From an uncultured Thermomicrobiales bacterium (GTDB taxonomy: Bacteria; Chloroflexota; Chloroflexia; Thermomicrobiales; UBA6265): a stretch of 60,577 nt of DNA. Of the stretch, positions 1 through 10,073 are shown in pieces; the stretch's first letter is position 1; each line of letters begins with the position of its first letter. The notes beneath the pieces were generated by a model. It searched no databases. It worked only from the letters and a program-made list of their open reading frames with translations, and was not told the DNA's origin. Both the position numbers and the translations under genes were made by a program. The stretch lies in the NCBI GenBank assembly GCA_902806345.1, contig CADCWF010000296.1:1-60577 (forward strand), given 5' to 3'.

Positions 1-805
1 TGGGGTCGGCAAAGGTCTGGGAGAAGGACGCGCCGGGGTCGAAGATGCCGGAGTCGAACGCGCCGTCGAGCGCGGTGGCGGTGTGCGGCACGGCGTCGTC
101 GTTTGTCCAGGCGACGGTCGTCCCGGTCGGGACGGTGAGCGAGGCGGGCTCGAAGGCGAGGTTGGCGATCCGGACCGCCGTCGCGCCCGCTGGTGGCGCC
201 GCGGCCGCGGCCTGCAGGGGGACGACCCCGGAGGCGTCGCGGACGGCGATGCGGCCGGTCATCTCGGGGTGAATCTGGCAGGCGTAGGCGAAGGTGCCGG
301 GTTCGTCGAGGACGACGGTCGCCAGGGTTCCGGGCTGGATGATGCCGGTGTCGAAGCCGGAGCCGGTGGCGGTGTGCTCGTCGTCGTGGGCGTTGACGAA
401 GGTGACCGACTGGCCGAGATCGACCTCCAGTTCGCCGGGGACGAAGCCGCCGGCGTCGTCGGAGACGATCCGGACCTCGATCGAACCAGCCGGCACCTCG
501 CCGACGATGGCCACGGTCTCCTCGGCCGCTTCGGCCGCTTCTTCGGCGGCCTCCTCGGCGGCTTCGGCGGCTTCCTCGGCGGCCTCCTCGGCGGCTTCGG
601 CCGCCTCCTCGGCCGCGTCGTCCCCGCCACCCGGACCGCTGTTGTCCCCGCGGTGGTTGTCGCTGGCGTGGACGGGGCCGCGGGTGCCGACCGCCGCGAC
701 CAGCAGGGCCGTGCCGGTGGCCCCGGCTAGCGCCCCAAGGAGGCGCCGGCGCGAACGGGGAAGCGCGGCAGGAGGGGCGATCGCGTCGGGTCGAACGTCC
801 GCCAT
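1..805 (-). CDS. Tat-exported tandem cupredoxin (amicyanin/plastocyanin-like) protein, truncated by the window edge
   Basis: Not in the ORF track because there is no stop inside the window. Manual translation from ATG 805 (GAGGAG upstream) gives SRRRLLG Tat motif, an (AAEEAAE)n linker, domain 1 with HTAT...YACQIHPEM type-1 Cu ligands, and domain 2 WTNDDAVPHTATALDGAFDSG. Confidence 0.85.
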   Translation of the reverse strand, partial: MADVRPDAIAPPAALPRSRRRLLGALAGATGTALLVAAVGTRGPVHASDNHRGDNSGPGGGDDAAEEAAEAAEEAAEEAAEAAEEAAEEAAEAAEETVAIVGEVPAGSIEVRIVSDDAGGFVPGELEVDLGQSVTFVNAHDDEHTATGSGFDTGIIQPGTLATVVLDEPGTFAYACQIHPEMTGRIAVRDASGVVPLQAAAAAPPAGATAVRIANLAFEPASLTVPTGTTVAWTNDDAVPHTATALDGAFDSGIFDPGASFSQTFADP

Positions 806-1050
806 GGCATGATCTCCTCGGATGGTTCGGCTCGGGCGTCGGCCGTTCGGTGCCGATTGCGGCGGATGCTAGGCGCTGGCAGGGGCGGCAGGCAAGGCGA
901 CAAAGCGTCGGGACACGGAAGGAGCGCGGCCGGTAGGGACGCTCCCCGGTGAATTCCGGGCGATCACGTCCGGCTCGCGGGGAACGGGCCCCTCGCCAAC
1001 CCCGGCGAACAGGGTCCGGCGGCCGCGTTCCACGGACGCCGGACCGCAAT

Positions 1051-1084
1051 CCTCACCCCCTCGCCCGCTGCGCGGGAGAGGGGG
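1051..1084 (+). repeat. REP-like palindromic repeat, family A (CCCTCACCCC...GGGAGAGGGG)
   Basis: CCTCACCCCCTCGCCCGCTGCGCGGGAGAGGGGG; related copies at 29220, 33623, 38526, 43812, 53189, 53360 and 56437. Confidence 0.65.
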
Positions 1085-1526
1085 ACCGCGCCCGGATCTC
1101 TCGCCTCCGCTGCGGTGCCTGCTCCTGTCGGCCGATCGGGGGAGGCGGGTAGGATCGAGATCGGCCTGCCTGCTGCCAGGGTTCGTTTGCCGTAGGGAGC
1201 GCGCTGGAAAGCCGGACCGAACGGGATCGCGCCCGTCACGGCTTCGCCGCGACCGAGGCCAGCGCGCCGAGCAGCACCCGCCGCATCGCGTCGGCCAAGA
1301 GACCGAGCGCCCGTACCAGCGCCCAGCCGTCACGGCCGTCGGCGCCGAGCCACACCCCGTCGGGGTCCGGCGCGGGTGCCAGGGGCGGCACGGCGTAGCC
1401 GACCAGCAGCAGCGTGCCGACGCAGCCGAAGCCGCCGCCACAGCCGATGCCGCCCTAGGGAACTTGGGCCGGTGTCGTGGTGACCACCCACCAGAACGAC
1501 GAGGTGAAGCGAGGAGAACGCCTCCT

Positions 1527-1991
1527 ATGGCCCTAACCGCTCGGGACAGCGACGCATCGCTCAGGCCGCGATGGCCCGATGTGCCGTTTGCCCTGGATCG
1601 GTCCTACATGCACTACGGTGCCTTTGCCGACGAGCCTGTGCTCTTCTTCTCGCTTGAGCCGGTTGCGTCCTACGTCTCGGGGATCGGCGTTCCCGAGGAT
1701 GACGTTGCCGCCATCATGGTCGGCCTTGGGCCGGATGACGAAGGCACCGGCGAGGTCGTCGGCATCCACGTCTATCCCCTGCTGGCCGAGGCCGCCAGAA
1801 AGCCCGCCCATTGGCGCCGCCTCGCCGAGCCCGACCCGCCGGCCGAGCTGGTCGCCGCCTTTGTCGCCGAGGTGAGCGGGCTGTTCGAGCGGTACTGGCG
1901 GCCAGCGCCGCCAATCGACGAGCAGTTCGCTCGGACAGGTCGGATTATGGGGACGGCGCCGGACGCACCGACTGGCAACCCGACACCGTAG
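1527..1991 (+). CDS. Hypothetical protein (weak DUF2283-like GEVVGI motif)
   Basis: GAGGAG before ATG 1527; protein-like composition; family assignment is weak. Confidence 0.55.
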   Translation: MALTARDSDASLRPRWPDVPFALDRSYMHYGAFADEPVLFFSLEPVASYVSGIGVPEDDVAAIMVGLGPDDEGTGEVVGIHVYPLLAEAARKPAHWRRLAEPDPPAELVAAFVAEVSGLFERYWRPAPPIDEQFARTGRIMGTAPDAPTGNPTP

Positions 1992-2057
1992 CCGGCTCAA
2001 ACCGGGAGCGTGGATGCCGGCCCGTCGGGGTGCACGCGGTGGCCGGGCCGCGGAGGC

Positions 2058-2870
2058 TCACAGGTGGCGGAAGAACGCCTCCGGGTCGTTGAGGAACTGG
2101 CGGGTGACGCGGACGTGGTCGAGGTCGTCCCAGGCGACAGGGCGGACGCTCCCCTCGTCCAGGCTGAGGATCGTGGCGCCCGGGAGCGCCGTCAGGATCG
2201 GCGAGTGGGTGGCGACCAGGAACTGGCTCTCGCCGGGGCCGCTCGCTTCGATCAGCAGCGCCAGGAGCGCCAGTTGGCGCAGCGGCGAGAGGGGCGCCTC
2301 CGGTTCGTCCAGCAGATAGAGCCCGCGCGGGATGAGCCGGTCGCGGAAGAGCGCCAGGAAGGTCTCGCCGTGGGAGCGGGCGTCGGCGCCGGCGCCGTAG
2401 CGACGGCGCAGCTCGGCCAGCTCCCGCGCGTAGGCCATCTGGCCGAGGCCGCGCGCCTTGTCTGAGAGGGATGCGTCCTCGGCGATCACCCGGCGGTCGG
2501 CCTCCAGGTCGTCGCGAGTGCGGTCGACGAGCTTGGCGAAGCCGAAGACATCCTCCGCCCGCAGGAAGAAGCCGGTCCGAGTCCGCGCCCGCCAGGTGAG
2601 CTTGAGCGTCGCCGCCAGCTGCCGCGCCGGGGCCAGCGACGGATCGCTGCCAAGCGGGGCGCTGCCGAGGGCGATCGAGCCGGCGGCGCAGGCGATCGCC
2701 TCCAGCAGGGTGCTCTTGCCGCTGCCATTCTCGCCGACGAGGAAGGTGACCGGCCGGTCGAAGGAGAGCGGCGCCTGGCGCAGCGCGGCGATGGCCGGCA
2801 CCGCGAACGGGTAGCGCTCGTCCTCGTCGGTCCCTTCGCGCCAGGCCACGGAGCGCAGGTGGACGACCAT
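2058..2870 (-). CDS. Standalone ABC/AAA-type ATPase (COG3910-like)
   Basis: Walker A GENGSGKST, SHGE signature, Walker B LLDEPE, ATHSP; start MVVHL with GGAG upstream. Confidence 0.9.
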   Translation of the reverse strand: MVVHLRSVAWREGTDEDERYPFAVPAIAALRQAPLSFDRPVTFLVGENGSGKSTLLEAIACAAGSIALGSAPLGSDPSLAPARQLAATLKLTWRARTRTGFFLRAEDVFGFAKLVDRTRDDLEADRRVIAEDASLSDKARGLGQMAYARELAELRRRYGAGADARSHGETFLALFRDRLIPRGLYLLDEPEAPLSPLRQLALLALLIEASGPGESQFLVATHSPILTALPGATILSLDEGSVRPVAWDDLDHVRVTRQFLNDPEAFFRHL

Positions 2871-3138
2871 CGCCTCCCCTCTCCCGTCTTTCGACGTCGC
2901 CCGCCGCGACGGGGCAAGCCGGGCAGCACGCCGACGAGCGATGGTTGGGCTTCGAGCCTCTGCTCTGAGGGAGACGGCAACCCTCGCCGTCTGTCGTACC
3001 ATCCCCGGTCGGAGCCGGCTCGGCAAGGGCCGCACCCGGCAGACCGCTCCGATCGACGTGCCACGGGGCCGGTACGGGGCAGACCGGACCGACGTTGCGC
3101 GGTCTCGGTTCGGCCGCTCGGCCCTGCGGGAGGCGAAC

Positions 3139-3516
3139 GTGACCGAGACGGTCGGCGACGGCGGGCCGCATGGCGAGCGCCTCCACCCGGCCAGGGTCGG
3201 GTCGCCCCGGCTCGAAGGCGCTGAATTGGCGGCGCTTGCCGCCGAGATCCCAGAGTGGCGGGTGGTCGCGGAGGACGGCGTCGAGCGTCTCGAGCGGACC
3301 TTCCGGATGCCGTCCTACCGGGCTGCGCTCGGATTCACGCTCGCCGTCGGCCGCCTCGCCGAGGCCGCCGACCACCACCCCGCGATCCTGACCGAGTTCG
3401 GCCGGGTCACGGTCCGCTGGTGGACGTGGACGGTCCGCGGGCTGCACCGCAACGACATCGTCATGGCCGCCAAGACCGACCGCCTCTTCGAGGCTCGGCA
3501 ATGGGAGGCGGGGTAG
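3139..3516 (+). CDS. Pterin-4-alpha-carbinolamine dehydratase
   Basis: AEAADHHP and W-T-x-x-x-x-GLHRNDIVMAAK motifs; GTG start after GGAGG. Confidence 0.85.
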   Translation: MTETVGDGGPHGERLHPARVGSPRLEGAELAALAAEIPEWRVVAEDGVERLERTFRMPSYRAALGFTLAVGRLAEAADHHPAILTEFGRVTVRWWTWTVRGLHRNDIVMAAKTDRLFEARQWEAG

Positions 3517-3537
3517 TGGTCGTGGTTCGACACCGCC

Positions 3538-4131
3538 CTACGCCTCGTCGTCGGTCGGGAGGTCAGCGCCGACGAAGAGCGCCGAGACGGGGAATTTCGC
3601 CGCCGCCGGCAGCAGCGACGACCGCACCGGGTCGACGCCCGAGGCCGTCTGGTGGCCGCGGAGGGCGTCGCCGTCGAGGACGAGGATCTCGAGCGCGCGC
3701 GCCTCGGGGTCGACAATCCAGTACTCGCGGACGCCGGCGCGGGCGTAGAGGGCCGGCTTGCTCAGCAGGTCGTGGCCGCGGTTCGACGGGCTGAGCACTT
3801 CAATCACGAGGTCGGGAGGCCCCTGAACGCCACGCCGCACCGGCTTGGCCCGCCCCCCGGAGAGCAGGACGACGATGTCCGGTTGGACGGGGTCCGCCCC
3901 GGGAAAGAAGACATCGAGCGACGCGGTCCGGATCAACCCGCCGAGCGCCTGGACGATCGGCCCCAGGAGCAGCATCAGGTTGGCAATAACGGTCGCGTGG
4001 GCCCAGGCCGGCGCCGGCGTCTCGTAGAGCACCCCCTCGATGATCTCGTAGCGCTTGCCGTCGTCGGGCAGGGCCAGGAGGTCGTCGTAGGTCCAGGTGC
4101 CGGGGGCCGGGGTCGGTCGGACGAGCGCCAT
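3538..4131 (-). CDS. Uma2 family endonuclease
   Basis: WTYDDLLALPDDGKRYEIIEG, QPD, PDLVIEVLSPS, YARAGVREYWIVDP. Confidence 0.92.
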   Translation of the reverse strand: MALVRPTPAPGTWTYDDLLALPDDGKRYEIIEGVLYETPAPAWAHATVIANLMLLLGPIVQALGGLIRTASLDVFFPGADPVQPDIVVLLSGGRAKPVRRGVQGPPDLVIEVLSPSNRGHDLLSKPALYARAGVREYWIVDPEARALEILVLDGDALRGHQTASGVDPVRSSLLPAAAKFPVSALFVGADLPTDDEA

Positions 4132-4172
4132 CGGGCATCCCTCCTCAGTGTGGCCGGGAGTCTAGCAGCGAC

Positions 4173-4427
4173 TCACGAAGGGGGGATCAGGAGAATCTTG
4201 CCGCGGAGCCAGCCGGCCGCGCTCCGCTCATGCACCAGCGCGGCCTCAGACAGCGGGGACCTGTCGCCGATATCGACGCGCACCGTCCCGTCATTCTTCC
4301 GGGCCACGTTGGCGGCGAGTTGTCCGGCAGCGCCGCGGACGAACATACCGATCGTCCACCCTCCGCGAGGGGGCTCCGGCGCCGGGGTGGTGGTCGTGTA
4401 GGGGCCCCCGGCGGCGCGGACCAGCCC
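4173..4427 (-). pseudogene. C-terminal remnant of an NADP-dependent (MDR/zinc-ADH-type) oxidoreductase
   Basis: FVRGAAGQLAANVARKNDGTVRVDIGDRSPLSEAALVHERSAAGWLRGKILLIP resembles the ADH_zinc_N_2 C-terminus; no start codon or N-terminal part found. Confidence 0.5.
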
Positions 4428-4528
4428 GCCGCGCCCCGCAATTGCCTCGTCGGATGTCCGAACCACGGTCGGCCGGACGTCGAGCGAAGCGCCTTCATTC
4501 CCGACATTCGGCCGGTACCGCCGTGGCT

Positions 4529-5527
4529 TCAATGCTGGTCGAGCCGTTCCAGCACCGGCGCGAACGCCTCGATCCCGGCCAGGCTGTTCGGCGCCAACAA
4601 GACCTGGACCTCGCCGATCCCGGCACGGGCGAACCCCCGCAACGATTCGGCCATCTCGTCCGGGGTGCCCCGCAGAGGCTCCTCGCCCGGCGCCTGGCTG
4701 GTTGCGGCGCGGTCGAGTAACGCCACCTTGATCGCGACCGTCCGCCCCAGGGTCGACGGATCTCGGTCGTACGCCAGGCACGCTCCGTCGACCGCCTCCC
4801 GGAGCGGGGGAATCCGGTCCGGGTGGCTGCGCTCGAAGGCGAGGCCGGCATTCCAGTAGTCCGCGTACTCCGCCACCAGCCGCAGCATCCGCGGACCCTG
4901 CCCGAGCGCGCCGATCAACAGCGGCGGCCCTTCCGGCCGGGGTCCCCGGAGGCGCAACACGCAGTCGGGCGCCGCGTACCACTCCACCGCGAAATCCACC
5001 TGGCCGTGCCGCAGCAACCCCGCGACGATCGCCAGCGCCTCTTCGAACCGGCCGATCCGGTGATCTACGGGGACCCCGAGCGACCGGTGTTCGTCCTCGT
5101 AGTTGCCCGCGCCGAGCCCCAACACCAACCGCCCGCCGCTGACCTCGTCCAGGGTTACCGCCATGTTGGCCAGCACCACCGGGTTGCGGTAGCCCGTGCA
5201 ACTCACCAGCGTCCCGAGCCGGATCCTACTGGTGACGGCGGCGAGCGCGGCGAGTAGCGTCCAGCAATCCCGGAAGCCTTGGGGCGGCTCGGCGGCCAGA
5301 TCTGGCGACACCGGCAAGCCGAACTGCGCGGCGACCGCCGCCGGGCGCACGAGTAGGTGATCGACCGTCCACAGGGAATCGAACCCCGCGTCCTCGGCGC
5401 GCCGGGCGAAGGCGCGAAAGTCGGCCCAGCCGGCCGTGCGGCCGTCGAACTCGCCCTCACCGTTCGGCAGCAGCAAGCCGACCTTCAGCGGGCGTCGGGC
5501 GCCTGCCAGGAGATCCTCGATCGGCAT
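4529..5527 (-). CDS. LLM class flavin/F420-dependent oxidoreductase
   Basis: AEDAGFDSLWTVDH, LAAVTSRIRLG, SGGRLVLGLGAG. Confidence 0.92.
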   Translation of the reverse strand: MPIEDLLAGARRPLKVGLLLPNGEGEFDGRTAGWADFRAFARRAEDAGFDSLWTVDHLLVRPAAVAAQFGLPVSPDLAAEPPQGFRDCWTLLAALAAVTSRIRLGTLVSCTGYRNPVVLANMAVTLDEVSGGRLVLGLGAGNYEDEHRSLGVPVDHRIGRFEEALAIVAGLLRHGQVDFAVEWYAAPDCVLRLRGPRPEGPPLLIGALGQGPRMLRLVAEYADYWNAGLAFERSHPDRIPPLREAVDGACLAYDRDPSTLGRTVAIKVALLDRAATSQAPGEEPLRGTPDEMAESLRGFARAGIGEVQVLLAPNSLAGIEAFAPVLERLDQH

Positions 5528-5701
5528 GAATACGGCATCCTTCGCGCGAACCGCCGGTCATGGTGAGCACCGGCGCGGGCATTCCGGCAAAGGGCCGATC
5601 CACCTTGCCTCCGTTCGGGTCTTGACCTGGCCCGAGTGGCTTGGTCATGCTGTCTCCGGCGCAGGGGGCGAGGAACGCGATGGGACGCCGGATCCAACGA
5701 G

Positions 5702-6109
5702 TCAGCCCGGGTTGGCGGCGATGAGGGACCAGGCCAGGAACAGCAGCGACGCCGCGATCAACGCGGCGCCGACGGTCGTGATGGTCGTCCCGACCGACGG
5801 GGCGTCCGGGCGACCGACGGCCATGTGGACGAAGAACCCGCCGGACTGGGCGAGGATGCCGAGCACGAGCACGGCGCAGGCCGCCCACTTGAGCCCGTCG
5901 GCGGCGCTCGTCTGGGCCAGGTACTGGTAGTAGACGAGGGCGAGGATCTGCAGCACCCCGGCGTGGGCGTGGCCGGCCCGGAAGTAGGTCCGCCGGAACT
6001 CGGTCAGTTCCTCGCCGCTCTCAAGCAGGCGCCGCAGGGCGTAGCCGCCGTACATCACCGTCGGCAGCGCGATCAGCGAGATGATGGCGAACAGGCGGGT
6101 CGGCTCCAC
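5702..6109 (-). CDS. Four-TM membrane protein with FRAGHAHAG motif
   Basis: Four hydrophobic helices; His-rich motif; function unknown. Confidence 0.8.
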   Translation of the reverse strand: MEPTRLFAIISLIALPTVMYGGYALRRLLESGEELTEFRRTYFRAGHAHAGVLQILALVYYQYLAQTSAADGLKWAACAVLVLGILAQSGGFFVHMAVGRPDAPSVGTTITTVGAALIAASLLFLAWSLIAANPG

Positions 6110-6172
6110 GGCGTTCCCCCTTCGTTCTCGACAGCGGTCACAGGCCGGTCGCGCCGCGGCCCGCGGATGGGT

Positions 6173-7152
6173 TCAGGTGCTCGACGCCGGGGCGGACCCG
6201 AGCATTCTACCGACCCACTGGGTCCGCGTCTCGCGGGCGGCCACCGACGGCGCGGCGGCGGGGGCGGCGCCGTCGAGGATGCGGAACCCGCCCGGCCAGG
6301 CGTGCGGCTCGGCCTGGACGCCGGCCGCCCAGGGCCGGCCGGCGGAGGCGACCGCCCCGTCCCGGAAGACCTCGGCCGACCCAACGTCGACGAACGCCGG
6401 CAGCAGCCCGCCCGGGTCGGTCGCCCGCGACGGCGCGGCGGCGGCGGCGACGCGGCCGGCCCGGCGCCGGTCCCCGAGCAGGGCGTCCCAGCCGGTGTCG
6501 TTGCGTTCCCGGCTCCAGGAGCCGGTCCTCGTGTACTGCCGGCCGGAGACGGTCCCGTTGCGGTCGTCGAGCATCGGGCTCATCGGGAGCTGGGCGAACG
6601 GCGCCGGCCCGCCTTGGTCCCGCGCCAGCAGGGCCACGCCCGCCGCCAGGCCGCCGCCCGCCGACGTGCCCGCGAGGAGGACCCGAGCGGGGGCGATGCC
6701 GAGCTGGGCGGCGTGCTCGACCGTCCAGACCAGGCCGGCGTAGCCGTCCTCGACCGGCGCCGGGTCGGGGTGCTCCGGCGCCAACCGGTCGTCGGGCGAG
6801 ACGACCGTGGCCCCGAAGGCCTCGGCACAGTTGAGGACCTGCTCGATGCCGGTGAACCGGTCGCCAACGATCATGCCGCCCCCGTGCGGGAAGCAGACCC
6901 CGGGGCCGGGGCCGGGCCGGGTTCGGGGTTGGAAGACCGCGACGCCGAGGTCGCCCGCCGGACCAACGACCGAGCGGTCGTGGTGGTCGATCGGGCGGGT
7001 CCGCAGGAGCTCCGCGATCGGCGCGGCGAACGGCACCGCCCGGAGCCCGGGGATCATGCCCGGGGTGACGACGGACGGGAGGGGGCTCGCCTCGAGCGCG
7101 GCGGCGAGCTCGCGGTCGTACGGGGGCCGGGGCAGCGTGGCGAGGGGGGCAT
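6173..7152 (-). pseudogene. Degenerate HSL-type alpha/beta hydrolase (esterase)
   Basis: HGGG and GTSAGG are present, but the SD-preceded ATG (7152) is out of frame across a G6 run (7144-7149). DYRLAPE has become DDRLAPE and the catalytic-His region GGFH has become GGFR. Confidence 0.7.
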
Positions 7153-7371
7153 GTCGTCTCCTCGGGTGGGGGCGGCTGGTCGTGACCCGGTCGCCTGCGA
7201 CGGCCCTCGCGGCGCCAGACGGCGTGCCCGCCGGACGTCGCGACGGGGAGACGCGGGCGTTCCGTCGTGGCGTGCCGACGCGGGAAGTTCGGGTGTGGGA
7301 AGCGCCCCGGGCGGTTGGGCCAAGCCGGGCATCGGCGTCACGGGACACGACCGGTGGCCCCGGGGCTCGGG

Positions 7372-7920
7372 TCAGGGCAGGAGCAGCTCCGACCGGTACC
7401 GCGGCGCCAGCTCCAGCGTCTTGGCCATCAGCGCCGCCCGGTCCGCCTCGTCGAGGGGCGGTGGCGGCGTCGTCCGGGTCGCCACCGGCAGGCCGACCGC
7501 CAGGAAGAACTCCTCCTGCCCTGCCGGCGCGCAGAGGCAGAGCAGCCGGGCCGGCGCGGCCGAGACGTTCTCGAACCGGTGCGGCGCGTTGGCCGGGATG
7601 TTGACCGTCTCGCCGGCCCGGGCGACGGAGACCTCCCCCCGGAAGGTGACCTCGATCTCGCCGGCGAGGACGGTGAACGCCTCCTCGAAGTCGTGGCGGT
7701 GGGGCGGCGGCCCGCCGCCGGGGGGGACGTGCATGTCGATCAGGCAGAAGCGGCCGGCGGTGTCGGCGCCCGAGAGCAGGACGGTGTAGGTGTCGCCGAC
7801 GAGGCCGACGTGGGGGAGCGACCCCGCGTCGTCCGGCCGGGCGACGACCAGCTGGCGCCGCCGGTCGTCGGTCGGGATCGGCGCGGTGGCAGCGGCGGGT
7901 TGGTCGGCGCGGTCCGTCAT
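7372..7920 (-). CDS. Cupin domain protein (quercetinase-like)
   Basis: PPGGGPPPHRHDFEEAFTVLAGE...NIPANAPH. Confidence 0.88.
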   Translation of the reverse strand: MTDRADQPAAATAPIPTDDRRRQLVVARPDDAGSLPHVGLVGDTYTVLLSGADTAGRFCLIDMHVPPGGGPPPHRHDFEEAFTVLAGEIEVTFRGEVSVARAGETVNIPANAPHRFENVSAAPARLLCLCAPAGQEEFFLAVGLPVATRTTPPPPLDEADRAALMAKTLELAPRYRSELLLP

Positions 7921-8114
7921 GATCTGTCTCCCGATGACCGCCCGGGCGCCATCTTCGGCTCCCGAAACGGCGACCGACCGGCTTCTCCTGGCGGGCGACC
8001 CGCCGAATGGCGATCCCGTCTGAGCGTACCCTATGATGCGGCGAGTGATGCCGTCAATGCATGAATTGGTATCGTGATATAGCTCAAACGACATGAACGA
8101 TCCGGGAGATACCG

Positions 8115-9086
8115 ATGGAACTGCTGCAGCTCTCGTTCTTCCGGGTCGTCGCTCGGCTCGAACACATGACCCGGGCGGCCGAGGAACTCAACCTCACCCA
8201 GCCATCGCTGAGCCGTGCCATCGCCCGGCTGGAGCGCGAGGTCGGCGTCCCCCTGTTCGACCGGCAGGGGCGCGGCCTACGCTTGAACGGTTACGGTACT
8301 GCCTTCCTCGGGCACGTCGAGCGGGTCTTCCGGGAGCTGGACGACGCAACCGCCCAGCTCCGCGACATGGGAGGGCTGGAACAGGGGAGCGTCTCGCTCG
8401 CGGCCGGGGCGCTCCACTGGCTGCCGGAGGTGCTGGAGCCCTTCCTGGCGGCCCACCCCGAGGTCCGGTTCCGTCTGGCGCAGCGGTCGCTGCCGGAGAT
8501 GATCCGTCTGGTGGAGGACGGGGAGGTCGACTACTGCTTCCTGCCCGGCATCCCAGAGGGGCCCCGCACGAGATGGCGGCATCTGCGCACCGCCCCGATC
8601 TCGCTGATGGTCCCGTCGTCGCACCGGTTGGCCGGACGGGCGAGCGTCCGGCTGGGCGAGCTGGCGGGGGAGGAGATGATCCTGGGCAAGCCAGGTGACG
8701 TCCTGCGGGAGACCATGGACGGCTACTTCCGGCAGGCCGGGATCGCCCCGGTCGTCGCCTGCGAGGCCGACGAGCCGGCCGCCGTCGAGGACTTCGTCGC
8801 GGCCGGGCTGGGGGTGGCGTTCATCCCCGGTCTCCTGAAGCCGACGCCGAGGCACGCCCTGACGGCGTGGGTCGCGATCACCGACCCGGCCTGCGAACTG
8901 AGGCTCGGCATCGCCTGGAACGAGACCCGCTACCTCTCCTTGGCAGCTCAAGCGTTCCGGGACCAGGTGGTCTCGCATTTCGGGGCGGGATTGCCGGACG
9001 TCGATCCCGGAGGCCGAGCCGCGGTCGTCGGAGGCGGAGCCAACCGCGCCCGGTTGCAGGGAGAAAACGACCGGATGCACGGCTAA
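8115..9086 (+). CDS. LysR family transcriptional regulator, divergent from the cupin gene
   Basis: HTH HMTRAAEELNLTQPSLSRAIARLEREVGVPLFDR; VAAGLGVAF. Confidence 0.95.
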   Translation: MELLQLSFFRVVARLEHMTRAAEELNLTQPSLSRAIARLEREVGVPLFDRQGRGLRLNGYGTAFLGHVERVFRELDDATAQLRDMGGLEQGSVSLAAGALHWLPEVLEPFLAAHPEVRFRLAQRSLPEMIRLVEDGEVDYCFLPGIPEGPRTRWRHLRTAPISLMVPSSHRLAGRASVRLGELAGEEMILGKPGDVLRETMDGYFRQAGIAPVVACEADEPAAVEDFVAAGLGVAFIPGLLKPTPRHALTAWVAITDPACELRLGIAWNETRYLSLAAQAFRDQVVSHFGAGLPDVDPGGRAAVVGGGANRARLQGENDRMHG

Positions 9087-9133
9087 CGGGTCCGCCCTCC
9101 CCGGCGATCGCGCGTCGCGGTCGCCCACCCGTC

Positions 9134-9925
9134 CTAGGCCGATCGGTCCGCCTGCCGGTCGCGCCAGTCGATGAGCTTCCGCAGCGGCGCCAGGTCGTAG
9201 TCGGGTCCGCCCGCGTCGCAAATGAAGTGGGTGATCCCTTCGGCGAGGTACTCGTCCAACCGGTCGAGCTGCTCGCCGAAGATCTGGGCGGACCGCTCGA
9301 TCTCACGCGGATCCCGACCGACCTTGGCGCACCATTCGTCGAGGATCCGGTTCTTGCGCCCGAGCACGTCCGGCTCCCCCTGGCCGTTCCAGATGGTGGC
9401 GTGCTGGGCGACGATCCGGAGGGTCACCTTTTCGCCGCCGCCGCCGATGAGAATCGGCAGCGATCCCCGGACCGGGCCGGGGTTCAGCTTCGCGAGGCGG
9501 TCGACGATGGTCGGCATGTCGCGGTCGAGGTCCCGCAGCCGCGAGGCGGCGGTGCCGAACTCGTAGCCGTACTCTTCGTAGTCGCGCTCGTTCCAGCCGC
9601 TGCCGATGCCGAGGATGAAGCGGCCCCCGGAGATGTGGTCGAGCGTCCGGGCCATGTCGGCGAGCAGGTTGGGGTTGCGGTAGGAGTTGGCGGCAACGAG
9701 GCACCCGATCTCGACCCGCTCGGTGACCTCGGCCATCGCCCCGAGGGCGGTCCAGTTGTCGAGGTGGGCCCCGTCCGGATCGCCCGAGAGCGGGAAGAAG
9801 TGGTCCCAGTTGAACAGGGTGTCGGCGCCGCTGGCGTCCACGGCCTGCCAGGCCTGGCGGATCTGGCGGTAGGTCGCGTGCTGCTGCTGGATCTGGATCC
9901 CGACGCGGACGGTGGGCGCGGCCAA
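9134..9925 (-). CDS. LLM class F420-dependent oxidoreductase
   Basis: TTG start after AAGGAG; [40 protein letters not shown]. Confidence 0.9.
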   Translation of the reverse strand: MAAPTVRVGIQIQQQHATYRQIRQAWQAVDASGADTLFNWDHFFPLSGDPDGAHLDNWTALGAMAEVTERVEIGCLVAANSYRNPNLLADMARTLDHISGGRFILGIGSGWNERDYEEYGYEFGTAASRLRDLDRDMPTIVDRLAKLNPGPVRGSLPILIGGGGEKVTLRIVAQHATIWNGQGEPDVLGRKNRILDEWCAKVGRDPREIERSAQIFGEQLDRLDEYLAEGITHFICDAGGPDYDLAPLRKLIDWRDRQADRSA

Positions 9926-10073
9926 GCGGTGCTCCTTCTCAGCGGGGCGGGGCGAAATCCGGCGACGGCCCGGCGGGGCATGCCGCCGGGCTGTCGCATT
10001 CTCTCGCAACCGTCGCCGACGTGGCCGGCGCTCCGCCGCGGCGTCCCCGGCGGTTCGCCCGACCGTCGGCGGC

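Noticed and set aside
1236-1455. Hydrophobic minus-strand frame (GGGFGCVGTLLLVGYAVPP...AAKP*)
   Set aside because: An in-frame stop lies directly upstream and there is no start or RBS. It may be a remnant but cannot be assigned.
8030-8100. LysR T-N11-A box in the AT-richer divergent spacer
   Set aside because: Probably regulatory, but no convincing dyad with the correct spacing could be pinned down.
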